Virus record (IMG/VR): IMGVR_UViG_2588253758_000006 | Direction: 5' to 3' (one strand) | DNA: 64,000 nt | From: a virus | Taxonomy: Duplodnaviria > Caudoviricetes | Shown: piece after piece, positions 10,931 to 20,990 of the stretch | Layout: every line of letters starts with the position of its first letter | Position numbering within the stretch: position 1 is the stretch's first letter | The notes under the pieces: generated by a model | Seen by the model: the letters and a program-made list of their open reading frames with translations, nothing else | Told to the model about the DNA's origin: nothing | Database searches by the model: none | Program-made: the position numbers and the translations under genes

Positions 10931-11018
10931 TTATAATAAGTTGTCGTTCGGAATCTCCTCTCCGGTGTAGGGGTTGTAGACCTCGCAGGAGGCAAGGCAC
11001 TCAGCTTCGATACCGAAA
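10931..11018 (-). pseudogene. 3' remnant of a gene truncated by IS3
   Basis: Open frame ...FGIEAECLASCEVYNPYTGEEIPNDNLL* ends 9 nt before the recombinase ATG and begins at the IS3 end. Confidence 0.55.
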
Positions 11019-11085
11019 TATAATACTCCCCAAAAATAGGACAGCAGTTTAAGCTATAATTTGGTTATCTTTGGTCTCATAAAAA

Positions 11086-12215
11086 ATGAGACAAACTATG
11101 AGGAAAAAGATTTCGGCAGAGACCAAAGCGGCAGTAGCCTTGGAAGCTATCAAGGGCTTGAAGACAGTCAATGAGATTGCTTCGATTTATGAAGTTCATC
11201 CGACGCAGGTTGGGGTATGGAAGAAGCAGTTCAAGGAGGGAGCGACCGCCATTTTCTCGACTGACAAGGAGCGTAAAGTCAAGTCTGATGAGCAGGTAGA
11301 GAACAATCTTTATCGCAAGATTGGTCAGCTTGAGATAGAGAACGAGTTCTTAAAAAAAAAGTGGGAGCTACTCAAATCCCGTTAGCCGAGCGTAGAGAGA
11401 TGGTAGAAAAGAATCATCCTCGGCTGAGTTTAGTTCAGCAGTGCATATTGCTAAACATTTGCCGCAGTGGCATATACTATGCGAGCAAAGGAAGAGCAAG
11501 TGCAGATGAGCTTGCTGTTAAAGCAGAGATAGACCGCACCTATACCAAAATGCCTTTCTATGGTGTCGAGCGGATGACTGAACACTTGCGAAAGAAGGGT
11601 TTTACGATAAGCCCTAAGCGAGTGCGTCGTTACTTTCGGGATATGTGCATCAGTGCTATCTACCCCAAGCCTAACACCACGTGGCATAATAAGGAGCATA
11701 AGATATACCCCTATCTATTGCGAGGATTAACTATTGACAGGGTAAATCAGGTTTGGAGTACCGACATCACCTATATCCCAATGAATGGAGGTTATATGTA
11801 CCTGTGCGCCATCATTGATTGGCATTCGCGCTTTGTGTTGGCTTGGGGGATAAGCAATACTCACGATAGCGAGTTCTGCCAAGAGTTGCTCAAAGAGGCT
11901 ATTGCCAGATACGGCAAGCCGGAGATATTCAACACCGACCAAGGGAGTGAGTTCACGGCCAAGGAGTTCGTTAAGATACTTGAAGAAAATGAGATACAGA
12001 TAAGTATGGACGGTAAAGGTAGGGCTTTGGATAATATTTTTGTCGAAAGGTTGTGGCGCAGCGTAAAATATGAGTATATTTACCTGTCGAACCCCGGCAG
12101 CGGCAAAGAGTTATATGATGGCTTGACTGACTATTTTCGTCTTTACAACACCGAAAGGCTACATCAATCGCTTGAATACAAGACTCCGAGTGAGGTCTAT
12201 ATGACGGCGGCATAG
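11086..12215 (+). CDS. IS3 transposase OrfA (11086-11385) / OrfB (11361-12215), -1 frameshift
   Basis: HTH OrfA; OrfB integrase core WSTDITY, NTDQGSEF, DNIFVER; A9G slippery site at 11352-11361. Confidence 0.93.
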
Positions 12216-12220
12216 AAAAA

Positions 12221-12266
12221 GTTTGTTTCATTTCGTTGCCCTTAAGGGCAACGAAATGAAACAAAC
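12221..12266. repeat. Perfect 46-bp palindrome inside IS3, after orfB (also 20681-20726)
   Basis: GTTTGTTTCATTTCGTTGCCCTT|AAGGGCAACGAAATGAAACAAAC. Confidence 0.9.
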
Positions 12267-12466
12267 ACTAAAACAACAACTAACAATAACCCGAGAGCAA
12301 AGAAACAAATACTATCTTAAGCAGATACAAAAACTGTCCGAATAGAGGGAAGTATTATAGATAATCTCTTCGTCGTCAGGGTTCGGGAAAGCGAACTACG
12401 GAATGATTAGGGCGAGGAGCTGGCGAAGTACGGCATCAAAATAAAGATTATATAAAATAGTTCCCC

Positions 12467-13387
12467 ATGAACCAAAACGACCTACAAGCATACATTGATG
12501 TTCGCATTCAGCAAGATGGCGGACAGATGCCCACTATGGAGAAACTTAACAGTTATGTCGCAGAGTTTGTGCAGGCGATGAATAGCTCTGCAAAGGCTCG
12601 ATTTGAGGGGCTGTCGTCCCAGCAAATGTTCGAGGCGATACATCGCCCTTTTGGAGAGCAATCGCCCGTACAATTCAATAAACTGACTGACAATGAGTGT
12701 AACCTCTCTCCGATACTGCGTCAGGCAAAGTTGCTCCTAAAGTGTATCGAAGAAGCAGGTGAACTTAAACTGACCGCTATTGGCAATTTGCCGCCCAAAA
12801 TAGTCAAAGAGATATACCCGCTCGGCATTGGCGATTGGTATATTGATGCTGGTATGGGCAAACTCTCGAAAGAGACCGATTCAATGTGCGTGCACTTGAC
12901 AAGGATAACTCTTGAGATTGCAGGCATAATCAAAAAACGCAATAACAAGCTGTCGCTCACTGCCACAGGTAAGAAACTGATGGCTGATGACTACGCACTC
13001 TTTAGTAAGATGTTCACTGCCTACTTTGAAAAATTCAACTGGGAGTATTTGGATAGATATGAATTTGATAATTTGGGGAGATTTGCCGTTGCATTTACCT
13101 TTGTGTTGCTGGCCAAATATGGCGATGAGCGGAAGTTAGGAAGCTTTTATGCAGATAAATTCTTTGCTGCTTTCCCAAGTTTGATAGAAGATTACGAATG
13201 CGGTAGCGAGTATAATAGTACGGACAGCTATCTGTCAAGCTGCTATCGACATAGACTGTTCGAGTATTCATTAAACTTTTGGGGTCTTATCAACTACGTT
13301 CACCAAGAGAATACGCCAAACTTTTGGATTACTAAAACAGAACTTTTTGACAGACTCATCAAATTTATCCCAACACCAAGCAAATAG
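12467..13387 (+). CDS. Conserved hypothetical protein
   Basis: 306-aa ORF with a KLTAIGNLPPKIVKEIY motif; function not recognised. Confidence 0.8.
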   Translation: MNQNDLQAYIDVRIQQDGGQMPTMEKLNSYVAEFVQAMNSSAKARFEGLSSQQMFEAIHRPFGEQSPVQFNKLTDNECNLSPILRQAKLLLKCIEEAGELKLTAIGNLPPKIVKEIYPLGIGDWYIDAGMGKLSKETDSMCVHLTRITLEIAGIIKKRNNKLSLTATGKKLMADDYALFSKMFTAYFEKFNWEYLDRYEFDNLGRFAVAFTFVLLAKYGDERKLGSFYADKFFAAFPSLIEDYECGSEYNSTDSYLSSCYRHRLFEYSLNFWGLINYVHQENTPNFWITKTELFDRLIKFIPTPSK

Positions 13388-13578
13388 AGGTAATAATAGA
13401 ATCTCTTGATCAATTGAATAACTTTTCTCAAAGCGTTATTCATTTACTCTGTTGTTGCCAAGAACTCCGTTGATGTCCAGAGATGTCGGCCTTGAGGGAT
13501 GTAACGATTCGTAACACCCTTGATGGTTGAGCGTTGTTTAAGGGGGAGAAAGCTAACTACGGTGAATTACCGTATTAG

Positions 13579-13911
13579 CCCAACTTCAACGATGTATGTA
13601 GCCTAAGTGGCTGTTCCAATCGATTTTAGCTTTAGTGGATTTTCTCGTGGGTACTACAAATTTTATTATTTTCTAGAAAAACGCTGATTTTTGTGGAAGA
13701 AATCTTGAAACCACGCTCAGAACACTTGCGAAAAGAGTTAATACACATCCGCTATAAAGGTAAGCATAAAAATTTTAACTCGTGGGTATTACAAATCGTT
13801 TCTGAACAATCTACGAAAAAGTCATCATTGAGAATCAAAGGGATGCATCACTAACTCAACAAGAATCGCCCCGAAAATTCATTGAAAAAAGTTCTGAGCG
13901 TTGAAGTTGGG
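13579..13911. mobile_element. 333-bp MITE (non-autonomous) related to the IS1634-family element
   Basis: 13-bp terminal IRs CCCAACTTCAACG identical to those of the IS1634 copies; 4-bp TSD TTAG (13575-13578, 13912-13915); no transposase. Confidence 0.9.
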
Positions 13912-14094
13912 TTAGGTATGACGAGAGATGCTATGTGGGGTTTGGTGGATTTGCCGAGAAGATAAGAGCTGATATCAACAATCTTTATATCAGGTGTGAA
14001 TAGGTGTCCAGAGACGTGACACCTTGGCCGGTTGGGGATTTTGCATAGAAGAGGTAAACCGATAACTGCATTTTAGTCGTCAGGTTTGGTGTTG

Positions 14095-14262
14095 ATAGCT
14101 ATGGGGTAGTTTGAAACTACCTCATAAATTTAGTGGCTATGGCACTGCTTGTTGAAGCAGGTATCTCACTATCCGATTTTCGGATAGTGCACTACAATCC
14201 TATGTGCAAAGGTAAGTAATTGTTAATCAATCGAGAGGTGCATTCACCTCTCGATTTTGTAT
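14095..14262. ncRNA. Candidate structured RNA or regulatory leader (four hairpins)
   Basis: Stems at 14101-14125, 14145-14160, 14167-14189 and 14229-14256 (last followed by a T-run); TACCTTTG promoter motif on the minus strand at 14213-14206. Confidence 0.35.
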
Positions 14263-14468
14263 TTGTAATTCACTGATAATGACTAAAGCGGGATTATCTC
14301 ACCTTGGTGTGATTTAGTGCACATATAATCAGAAGATAGGTCAAATTAGATTTATTTCAAAATTGGGAATCACATTTCCAATTAATTGTAAAACAATAAT
14401 TTAGCAATATAAGATAAGAAAAATGACGCAAAAATAAACTTTTTACACCGTGTCTACCTACTCTTTTT

Positions 14469-14771
14469 ATGAACTTTAAAAAACCAGTAGTCATGGAAAT
14501 AGTATGTGTAGATGCACGCAAAATTGTGAATCTTAAATCAAAATTAGAGTCCCTCAAAGCACAGGCACAGCAACTGCAAGTGTGCAAAAGAGACAAATCA
14601 ACAATCGATTGGATAGATGGACAGGAGGTGATGGCTATTCTTAACATCAGTCCAAGGACGTTGCAAACCTATCGAGATAATGGAATGTTACCGTTTTCGC
14701 AAATTGGAGCAAAGTTCTATTACAAACCCTCGGACGTTGAGTTGATTCTAAAAACAGCAAAAATTAAATAG
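14469..14771 (+). CDS. HTH_17 excisionase-like DNA-binding protein
   Basis: WIDGQEVMAILNISPRTLQTYRDNGMLPFSQIGAKFYY motif. Confidence 0.88.
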   Translation: MNFKKPVVMEIVCVDARKIVNLKSKLESLKAQAQQLQVCKRDKSTIDWIDGQEVMAILNISPRTLQTYRDNGMLPFSQIGAKFYYKPSDVELILKTAKIK

Positions 14772-14773
14772 CT

Positions 14774-15073
14774 ATGGAAAATCTTTCAAAAGAGCACAAC
14801 GTTCAATTGATTGAAATATCAGAAGCCATCGACCAGATTAACGAGTTGCTTTTTGAGGCAGTCAATCAAAATCGCCCACTACTGAGGGGAGATATTTTTA
14901 TTAGTGATGCCGAGCTTTCGGAGATTCTCAAAGTAAGTCGCCGCACTCTTCAACTGTGGCGAAATGAGGGAAAAATTTCATATTTAATGCTCGGTGGGAA
15001 GGTGCTTTACCGTGAATCAGATGTTCAGGCGATGCTTGATGCCCATTATTGCAAAGCGTTTTATGAGTGCTGA
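14774..15073 (+). CDS. HTH_17 excisionase-like DNA-binding protein
   Basis: ELSEILKVSRRTLQLWRNEGKISYLMLGGKVLYRESD; paralogue of 59311-59604. Confidence 0.88.
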   Translation: MENLSKEHNVQLIEISEAIDQINELLFEAVNQNRPLLRGDIFISDAELSEILKVSRRTLQLWRNEGKISYLMLGGKVLYRESDVQAMLDAHYCKAFYEC

Positions 15074-15086
15074 GAGTAGAAAACAA

Positions 15087-15119
15087 CAGAGCTCTCTCCA
15101 ATCAAAGGAAAGAGCTCTG
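15087..15119. terminator. Hairpin between convergent HTH and integrase genes
   Basis: CAGAGCTCT...AGAGCTCTG inverted repeat. Confidence 0.6.
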
Positions 15120-16228
15120 ATTCTATTATCTCGTGCTGGATTACAAGTTAGCCATCTTCTTTTCGACATGAGCCATATCTTGCATTATTGAGCTGTCGAG
15201 CACCTTGGCGTAGTGTTGAGTCATCTTTGTTGAGGAGTGCCCCAAGATTTTAGATACGTTCTCCATTCTGACATTATTGGCAAGCATCACCGTAGTGGCA
15301 CAGGTGTGCCGGGCGACGTGTGTCGAGAGCCGCTTTTTTATCTCGCATAAATCGGCTATCTCTTTCAGGTAGGCATTCATATTCTGATTTGCCATTACGG
15401 GCAATAAGACCCCCTTTTTGAGGCACTGAGGGTGGTTGCTGTAACGTTCGATTATCTCTTGAGCTTTTGACAGCACCGGGATATTACACATAGTGCCGGT
15501 CTTTTGTCTGTTTTTACGAATCCATGTTGCACCATTCACATCTGTGGTGATGTGGCTATGCGTTAATTGCTGAACATCAATGAAGGCTAAACCCGTATAG
15601 CAACAAAATACGAATACATCGCGCACTTGGGCAAGGCGTGTCAGAGTAATCTCCTTGTTGATGATGCGTTGCAACTCCTCGTTGGTCAGGAATTCTACGT
15701 TAACCTCCTCGTGCTTGAACTGAATGCCATAGAATGGGTCTTTCTTCATCCATTCATTAACCAAAGCAATACGCACAATCTTCTTCAGATTTTTCAGGTG
15801 TTTGATAGTTGAGTTCTGTTTGCATTTGTGGACTGTCTTTAGAAAAAAGTCCAACCCGCGAACAAACTCTCCATTTACCTGCGATAGTGGCAGGTCATCT
15901 TTATGGTAGTGGTGCGTGACGAACTCTTTGAGATGGTGTAACGAAGTGTCAAATTTCTCAACAGTAGATTGCGTAAAGTCAATTCCGATGAGGGCTCGGC
16001 ACTTCTCATTGTGTTCGGCATAGATACTACAGATGGTTTTCTCGGGTGCACTCTCCGCATCGTTACCGTAGTAGCGATTACGGACAGTTTCAAGTGTAAC
16101 CACCTTCTTCTCTTCCATTAGCTCTCGTTGGATTTGGAAGATGCGTGTTTTTGTCGAGTCAAGGAAGTAGTTCAGTTCTTTGGCTGCATGATCCTTGCCT
16201 CGACTGCACTCTTTGGCTTGGTTCCAAA

Positions 16229-18380
16229 CCCAACTTCAACGTAATATGTATGCAAATCCTCTGTTCTTTAAGCCTTATCTGTTTTTGGCTTTCTGCGTGG
16301 GTACTACAGATTTTTCAATTCGGAGGTGGTGGTGCAGTTTTGATTGTGTGTCGTCTAAATGGTATGGGGTTGTATCCGAGGATTCGATATAGTTCCGAGG
16401 CGGCATCTGTGGGGTCCGAACAGATGCGTAGTTCTATTTGTTCTCCGAGTGCGTTTTCTGCTTTGGTGGTAATAGCCTTTTGGGTGGATAGAATGCGCTT
16501 TAATTCAGTCCAGTAATGAGTTATGCCTTGTAACTTTAGTTTGTGTCGAACTGTGTTTACAATCCAGTATGATAGTAGTCCGAAGAATAGATGGGCATCG
16601 GAGTTGTTATCTGTCTGATGGTAGATGGGGCGCAATTCCAGGTCTGTTTTGAGTTGCCGGTTTGATGTCTCTATCTCTCTAATCAAGTTATAGTACTCCC
16701 ACGTAGTTCGCTCGTCAAGGGTGGCTATGTTGGTGCGCAGGAAGTATGTGCCAAAGCGTTGCTCAGTCTCTTCTTGGCTGATTTTGATTTGCCAGCGGAT
16801 ATCTGACATGTGTTCGGGATTCTCACCCGAGCGGATGTAGTCTATTTGGTAATACTTGGATACAGAGGGGTATTTACCGAGTGCACGTCCAACACGCTCC
16901 ACCACCTTGTCGTATCTCTTTGTGCCTCCTTTTGCCGTAAGAGCGTTGCGTGCCTTTGTGAGTTCAAGCTCGAAACGCTCTCGCCACTGTTGGTTCATGG
17001 AATGTTCGGTCATTGCTTTGGCGGGGGAGGTAATGCGAAGGTAGAAGTCGCCTCCCTCCCGGTGCTCGACTTGGGCTATAGTAATGGGACGCTTGCGACT
17101 ATCAAATACCGTAACAGAGCGACCTTCCTCTTTGAGAGTATAATCTTTGAGCTTGGTTCTGCTGACACAAAGGTAATTATATCCTCGTTCTTTGAGCAAT
17201 CCGAGATTGGCTTCCGTGGCTATTCCTGCATCGATGACCACCATAACTTTCTGTTGGGGGTTTGTCGAGACCGGATTCTTCGAGATAATGCCCTCCACCA
17301 TCGCCGGTAGTGAATCGGGGTCGGCTGTGTTGCCGGCAAGGATTGAACTGTATCGGATAAAGCCTTCAGTATTGATTGCCAAGGCGAGGACAAGAAGGCG
17401 ACAGTCTGAGCGTTTCTCCTTCGAGCGACCAAACTTTGCCTTCTTTGAGCCTGTCTTGCTACCCTCGAAATAGAAGTTGGTCAAATCGAAGAGCATCACC
17501 CGGTTAGTGAGATTAAACAACGAGTCGGTGCGAGAGCACAGATGACGCTCTAGCTTGTCTTTCAAGGCATAAAGCGATGGAGCAGCCGCATATACCTCGC
17601 GCTGAGTCGGGCAGTCGCCAAACTGACCCGTCAGAAGCTCCATTGCGGCAGAATTCTCGTCGAGTATACGTAGTGCCGCCCATTCCGATGGGGAATATAC
17701 AGTCCGGATAATCAAGGATGCCAGTGTAGAATTTATCTTACGCTCCGACCATCCTTCGCGTCGCAGAAATGTGTCGAGCTGTAGTTCGCGTATCGCCTGA
17801 AGGCATACATTCTCTGCACCTGCCTCACGTGCATCTGTATGCTGTATTGTGTTGACATCTATTAATTTGCGGGCTTTGCGTTCTGCCTCATCATAACTTG
17901 CCCGTGCGGAATCAATCTTGCCGCTACCCTTTATCTGACTCCAAAACTTCTCGATGTATCCACGAACCTTTTCACTGTACTCTCCTCTGGGATCGGCAGT
18001 AAACATCGCCTGCTGAGCTGGGATATACGCACTCTGCTCCATCATATAGGTCAGACCGCGGCGAATCTGCACAATCTCATCGCTACACAAATCGGGAAGG
18101 TAACCCGGAGTCAACATTACACGGGTATGCACACGTCCTATAACGTCACGGAAGGACTCCTTGATTTTATAATAAGGGAGTTCCCTGCCGTGCTCGGGGC
18201 TCAAGCGTATGTTCGATGTGAAGTACATGCCCGCTAAGGTACAACATAAAATTTACTCCCGTGGGTATTACAAAGCACTTCACCAAATAAGCATCTTCTG
18301 AAAATCAACTCAATAGTATGAAATCACCCCCGTTTTTGAGCAAAAAAACACCGAAAAAACTTTTTGGCGTTGAAGTTGGG
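16229..18380 (-). mobile_element. IS1634-family element, copy 1 (2152 bp)
   Basis: IR CCCAACTTCAACG at both ends; TSD CAAA (16225-16228, 18381-18384). Confidence 0.95.
16315..18228 (-). CDS. IS1634-family DDE transposase
   Basis: 637 aa; FDLTNFYFEG, FGRSKEKRSD, VIDAGI, IETSNRQLK and RPIYH motifs. Confidence 0.92.
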   Translation of the reverse strand: MYFTSNIRLSPEHGRELPYYKIKESFRDVIGRVHTRVMLTPGYLPDLCSDEIVQIRRGLTYMMEQSAYIPAQQAMFTADPRGEYSEKVRGYIEKFWSQIKGSGKIDSARASYDEAERKARKLIDVNTIQHTDAREAGAENVCLQAIRELQLDTFLRREGWSERKINSTLASLIIRTVYSPSEWAALRILDENSAAMELLTGQFGDCPTQREVYAAAPSLYALKDKLERHLCSRTDSLFNLTNRVMLFDLTNFYFEGSKTGSKKAKFGRSKEKRSDCRLLVLALAINTEGFIRYSSILAGNTADPDSLPAMVEGIISKNPVSTNPQQKVMVVIDAGIATEANLGLLKERGYNYLCVSRTKLKDYTLKEEGRSVTVFDSRKRPITIAQVEHREGGDFYLRITSPAKAMTEHSMNQQWRERFELELTKARNALTAKGGTKRYDKVVERVGRALGKYPSVSKYYQIDYIRSGENPEHMSDIRWQIKISQEETEQRFGTYFLRTNIATLDERTTWEYYNLIREIETSNRQLKTDLELRPIYHQTDNNSDAHLFFGLLSYWIVNTVRHKLKLQGITHYWTELKRILSTQKAITTKAENALGEQIELRICSDPTDAASELYRILGYNPIPFRRHTIKTAPPPPN

Positions 18381-18580
18381 CAAAGAGATATTTCGATACT
18401 ACGTTTAATCATAATATCACTTCGTTGCCCTTTGATGGTGATACGCATGGCGATAGGAGCTTCGCCATTTTTGAGTAGTCTTGTCTTTTTGATTAGGAAC
18501 AAGACGTTGAATGTTGATTTACCATTTTGATTCATAGCGGTCATTGTTTATAGTTTTTTTTAAGTCGATTTCAAACTCTA

Positions 18581-18945
18581 TTTGGTGTGATCGAAAAAAG
18601 TCACACCAAAGTCACACCAAACTGCTCCTCTTTTGAAGGTTTGAAAACTACTATAAACTACTGAACTGCAATTATTAACAACGGTTTTGGTGTGACTAAA
18701 ACTAAGTTTCAAAAAGTCACACTATTTATCACACCACCGATAACTTTTGCACGAGTCTATTTATCGCCTGCATTTTTTGGTGTGAGTAAAAAAAGTCACA
18801 CCAAAACGTTCAAAAGAGGTATACAAAAGTACTCTTTCGAGGTCGAATGATAACTATGCAAAACATTGATAAACAGTGATAAAGCCACGATTTGGTGTGA
18901 CTTTTTTTGAGTACCGCCAAGTCACCCTATTTGTCACAGTGATAG
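18581..18945. repeat. Cluster of TCACACCAAA repeats upstream of the integrase (arm or operator sites)
   Basis: Seven exact copies (18581, 18601, 18612, 18686, 18776, 18796, 18891) in both orientations plus partial copies. Confidence 0.85.
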
Positions 18946-19041
18946 ATGCTGTATTGTGGGGTATTTTGCTTAGAGGGGTAAAAACAAAAAGTCCCGAAAA
19001 CCATTGATTTTCAGGACTTTTCCGCGTTTTGCTACGCTTGT

Positions 19042-19062
19042 TGGCGGTATGGACGGGACTCG
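19042..19062 (-). other. att site: duplicated 3' end of tRNA-Asp (not a full tRNA)
   Basis: Minus strand CGAGTCCCGTCCATACCGCCA resembles the T-arm/acceptor 3' end of Bacteroidales tRNA-Asp; followed by a hairpin at about 18986-19022; divergent integrases on both sides. Confidence 0.75.
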
Positions 19063-19204
19063 GAAGTGTTTTGCATAGTTTTTATCACTTTTCATTAATT
19101 CCATATTATCAGTGATTTACATTTTTGTATTTTCTGAATTTTTTGGTAGTTTCGCATAGTTTTTGTAGATTTGCAACACAAATGCAACACAACTTTTTAG
19201 CGGT

Positions 19205-19383
19205 ATGGCAAACTACACTCCTTTCGTAAAACCAAATTATATAGCTAAAGATGGCACCATGCCTCTTTACATCCGATACAATTATGACCGCACGAGGCGG
19301 ACGTTGATTGCCACCGGCTATTCCATCAAGCCCGAACATTGGGACGAGAAAAAGAGATGGGTCAAACGTGCCTGCCCGAAGTT
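19205..19383 (+). pseudogene. Integrase N-terminal arm-binding remnant truncated by IS3
   Basis: KDGTMPLYIRYNYDRTRRTLIATGYSIKPEHWDEKK arm-domain pattern; TGCAACACA tandem repeat at 19172-19191; the rest of the gene is absent. Confidence 0.8.
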
Positions 19384-19478
19384 TATAATACTCCCCCAAA
19401 ATAGGACAGCAGTTTAAGCTATAATTTGGTTATCTTTGGTCTCATAAAAAATGAGACAAACGATGAGGAAAAAGATTT
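19384..19478 (+). mobile_element. 95-bp left-end fragment of the IS3 element
   Basis: IRL plus the first codons of orfA, directly followed by a new IRL at 19479. Confidence 0.9.
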
Positions 19479-20819
19479 TATAATACTCCCCCAAAATAGG
19501 ACAGCAGTTTAAGCTATAATTTGGTTATCTTTGGTCTCATAAAAAATGAGACAAACTATGAGGAAAAAGATTTCGGCAGAGACCAAAGCGGCAGTAGCCT
19601 TGGAAGCTATCAAGGGCTTGAAGACAGTCAATGAGATTGCTTCGATTTATGAAGTTCATCCGACGCAGGTTGGGGTATGGAAGAAGCAGTTCAAGGAGGG
19701 AGCGACCGCCATTTTCTCGACTGACAAGGAGCGTAAAGTCAAGTCTGATGAGCAGGTAGAGAACAATCTTTATCGCAAGATTGGTCAGCTTGAGATAGAG
19801 AACGAGTTCTTAAAAAAAAAGTGGGAGCTACTCAAATCTCGTTAGCCGAGCGTAGAGAGATGGTAGAAAAGAATCATCCTCGGCTGAGTTTAGTTCAGCA
19901 GTGCATATTGCTAAACATTTGCCGCAGTGGCATATACTATGCGAGCAAAGGAAGAGCAAGTGCAGATGAGCTTGCTGTTAAAGCAGAGATAGACCGCACC
20001 TATACCAAAATGCCTTTCTATGGTGTCGAGCGGATGACTGAACACTTGCGAAAGAAGGGTTTTACGATAAGCCCTAAGCGAGTGCGTCGTTACTTTCGGG
20101 ATATGTGCATCAGTGCTATCTACCCCAAGCCTAACACCACGTGGCATAATAAGGAGCATAAGATATACCCCTATCTATTGCGAGGATTAACTATTGACAG
20201 GGTAAATCAGGTTTGGAGTACCGACATCACCTATATCCCAATGAATGGAGGTTATATGTACCTGTGCGCCATCATTGATTGGCATTCGCGCTTTGTGTTG
20301 GCTTGGGGGATAAGCAATACTCACGATAGCGAGTTCTGCCAAGAGTTGCTCAAAGAGGCTATTGCCAGATACGGCAAGCCGGAGATATTCAACACCGACC
20401 AAGGGAGTGAGTTCACGGCCAAGGAGTTCGTTAAGATACTTGAAGAAAATGAGATACAGATAAGTATGGACGGTAAAGGTAGGGCTTTGGATAATATTTT
20501 TGTCGAAAGGTTGTGGCGCAGCGTAAAATATGAGTATATTTACCTGTCGAACCCCGGCAGCGGCAAAGAGTTATATGATGGCTTGACTGACTATTTTCGT
20601 CTTTACAACACCGAAAGGCTACATCAATCGCTTGAATACAAGACTCCGAGTGAGGTCTATATGACGGCGGCATAGAAAAAGTTTGTTTCATTTCGTTGCC
20701 CTTAAGGGCAACGAAATGAAACAAACACTAAAACAACAACTAACAATAACCCGAGAGCAAAGAAACAAATACTATCTTAAGCAGATACAAAAACTGTCCG
20801 AATAGAGGGAAGTATTATA
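19479..20819 (+). mobile_element. IS3-family element, copy 2 (1341 bp), no TSD
   Basis: Near-identical to 11019-12359; flanks AGATTT and TACAGA do not match. Confidence 0.95.
19546..20675 (+). CDS. IS3 transposase OrfA (19546-19845) / OrfB (19821-20675), -1 frameshift
   Basis: Same motifs as copy 1; A9G at 19812-19821. Confidence 0.93.
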
Positions 20820-20990
20820 TACAGAGGCTTTTCGAGCGCGACGATTTCAATTGATAACTTTGCAGCCCATAATAAAGGCTGCAATGAATAAAGAGAAATA
20901 TGTGTTTGCTCAGTTGATCTCATTTCTGAATGAAGATAAATTTAGACGCATTGTCAACAAGTTCCAAGGGAATCGTTACATTAAGTATTT

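Larger units (their letters stand above)
11019..12359 (+). mobile_element. IS3-family element, copy 1 (1341 bp), no TSD
   Basis: IRs TATAATACTCCCCAAAAATAGGACAG / TATAATACTTCCCTCTATTCGGACAG; orfA/orfB; flanks CCGAAA and GATAAT do not match. Confidence 0.95.
15141..18535 (-). pseudogene. Bacteroidetes tyrosine integrase (arm + SAM + catalytic domains) split by IS1634
   Basis: N-terminus MNQNGKSTFNVLFLIKK joins ...SIEISL|WNQAKE... in frame after removing 16229-18380 (about 412 aa); HVARHT, LGHS and TQHYAK motifs. Confidence 0.92.

Noticed and set aside
11352-11361. Split IS3, IS630 and IS1 transposases as pseudogenes or novel recoding
   Set aside because: A-rich -1 slippage sites at these positions are well established for these IS families
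13474-14027. Repeated TGTCCAGAGA motif (about 13474 and 14006) as an element boundary
   Set aside because: Only 10 bp in two copies with no supporting structure
18305-18544. 79-aa ORF (and 25095-25292, 19205-19417, 32892-33107) as independent genes
   Set aside because: Chimeras of gene fragments and IS ends
18581-18945. Possible CRISPR array
   Set aside because: Repeats are only 10 bp, in mixed orientation and irregularly spaced; no cas genes in the window
19000-19110. Complete tRNA-Asp gene
   Set aside because: Only about 21 nt of the 3' end is present; no D or anticodon arm
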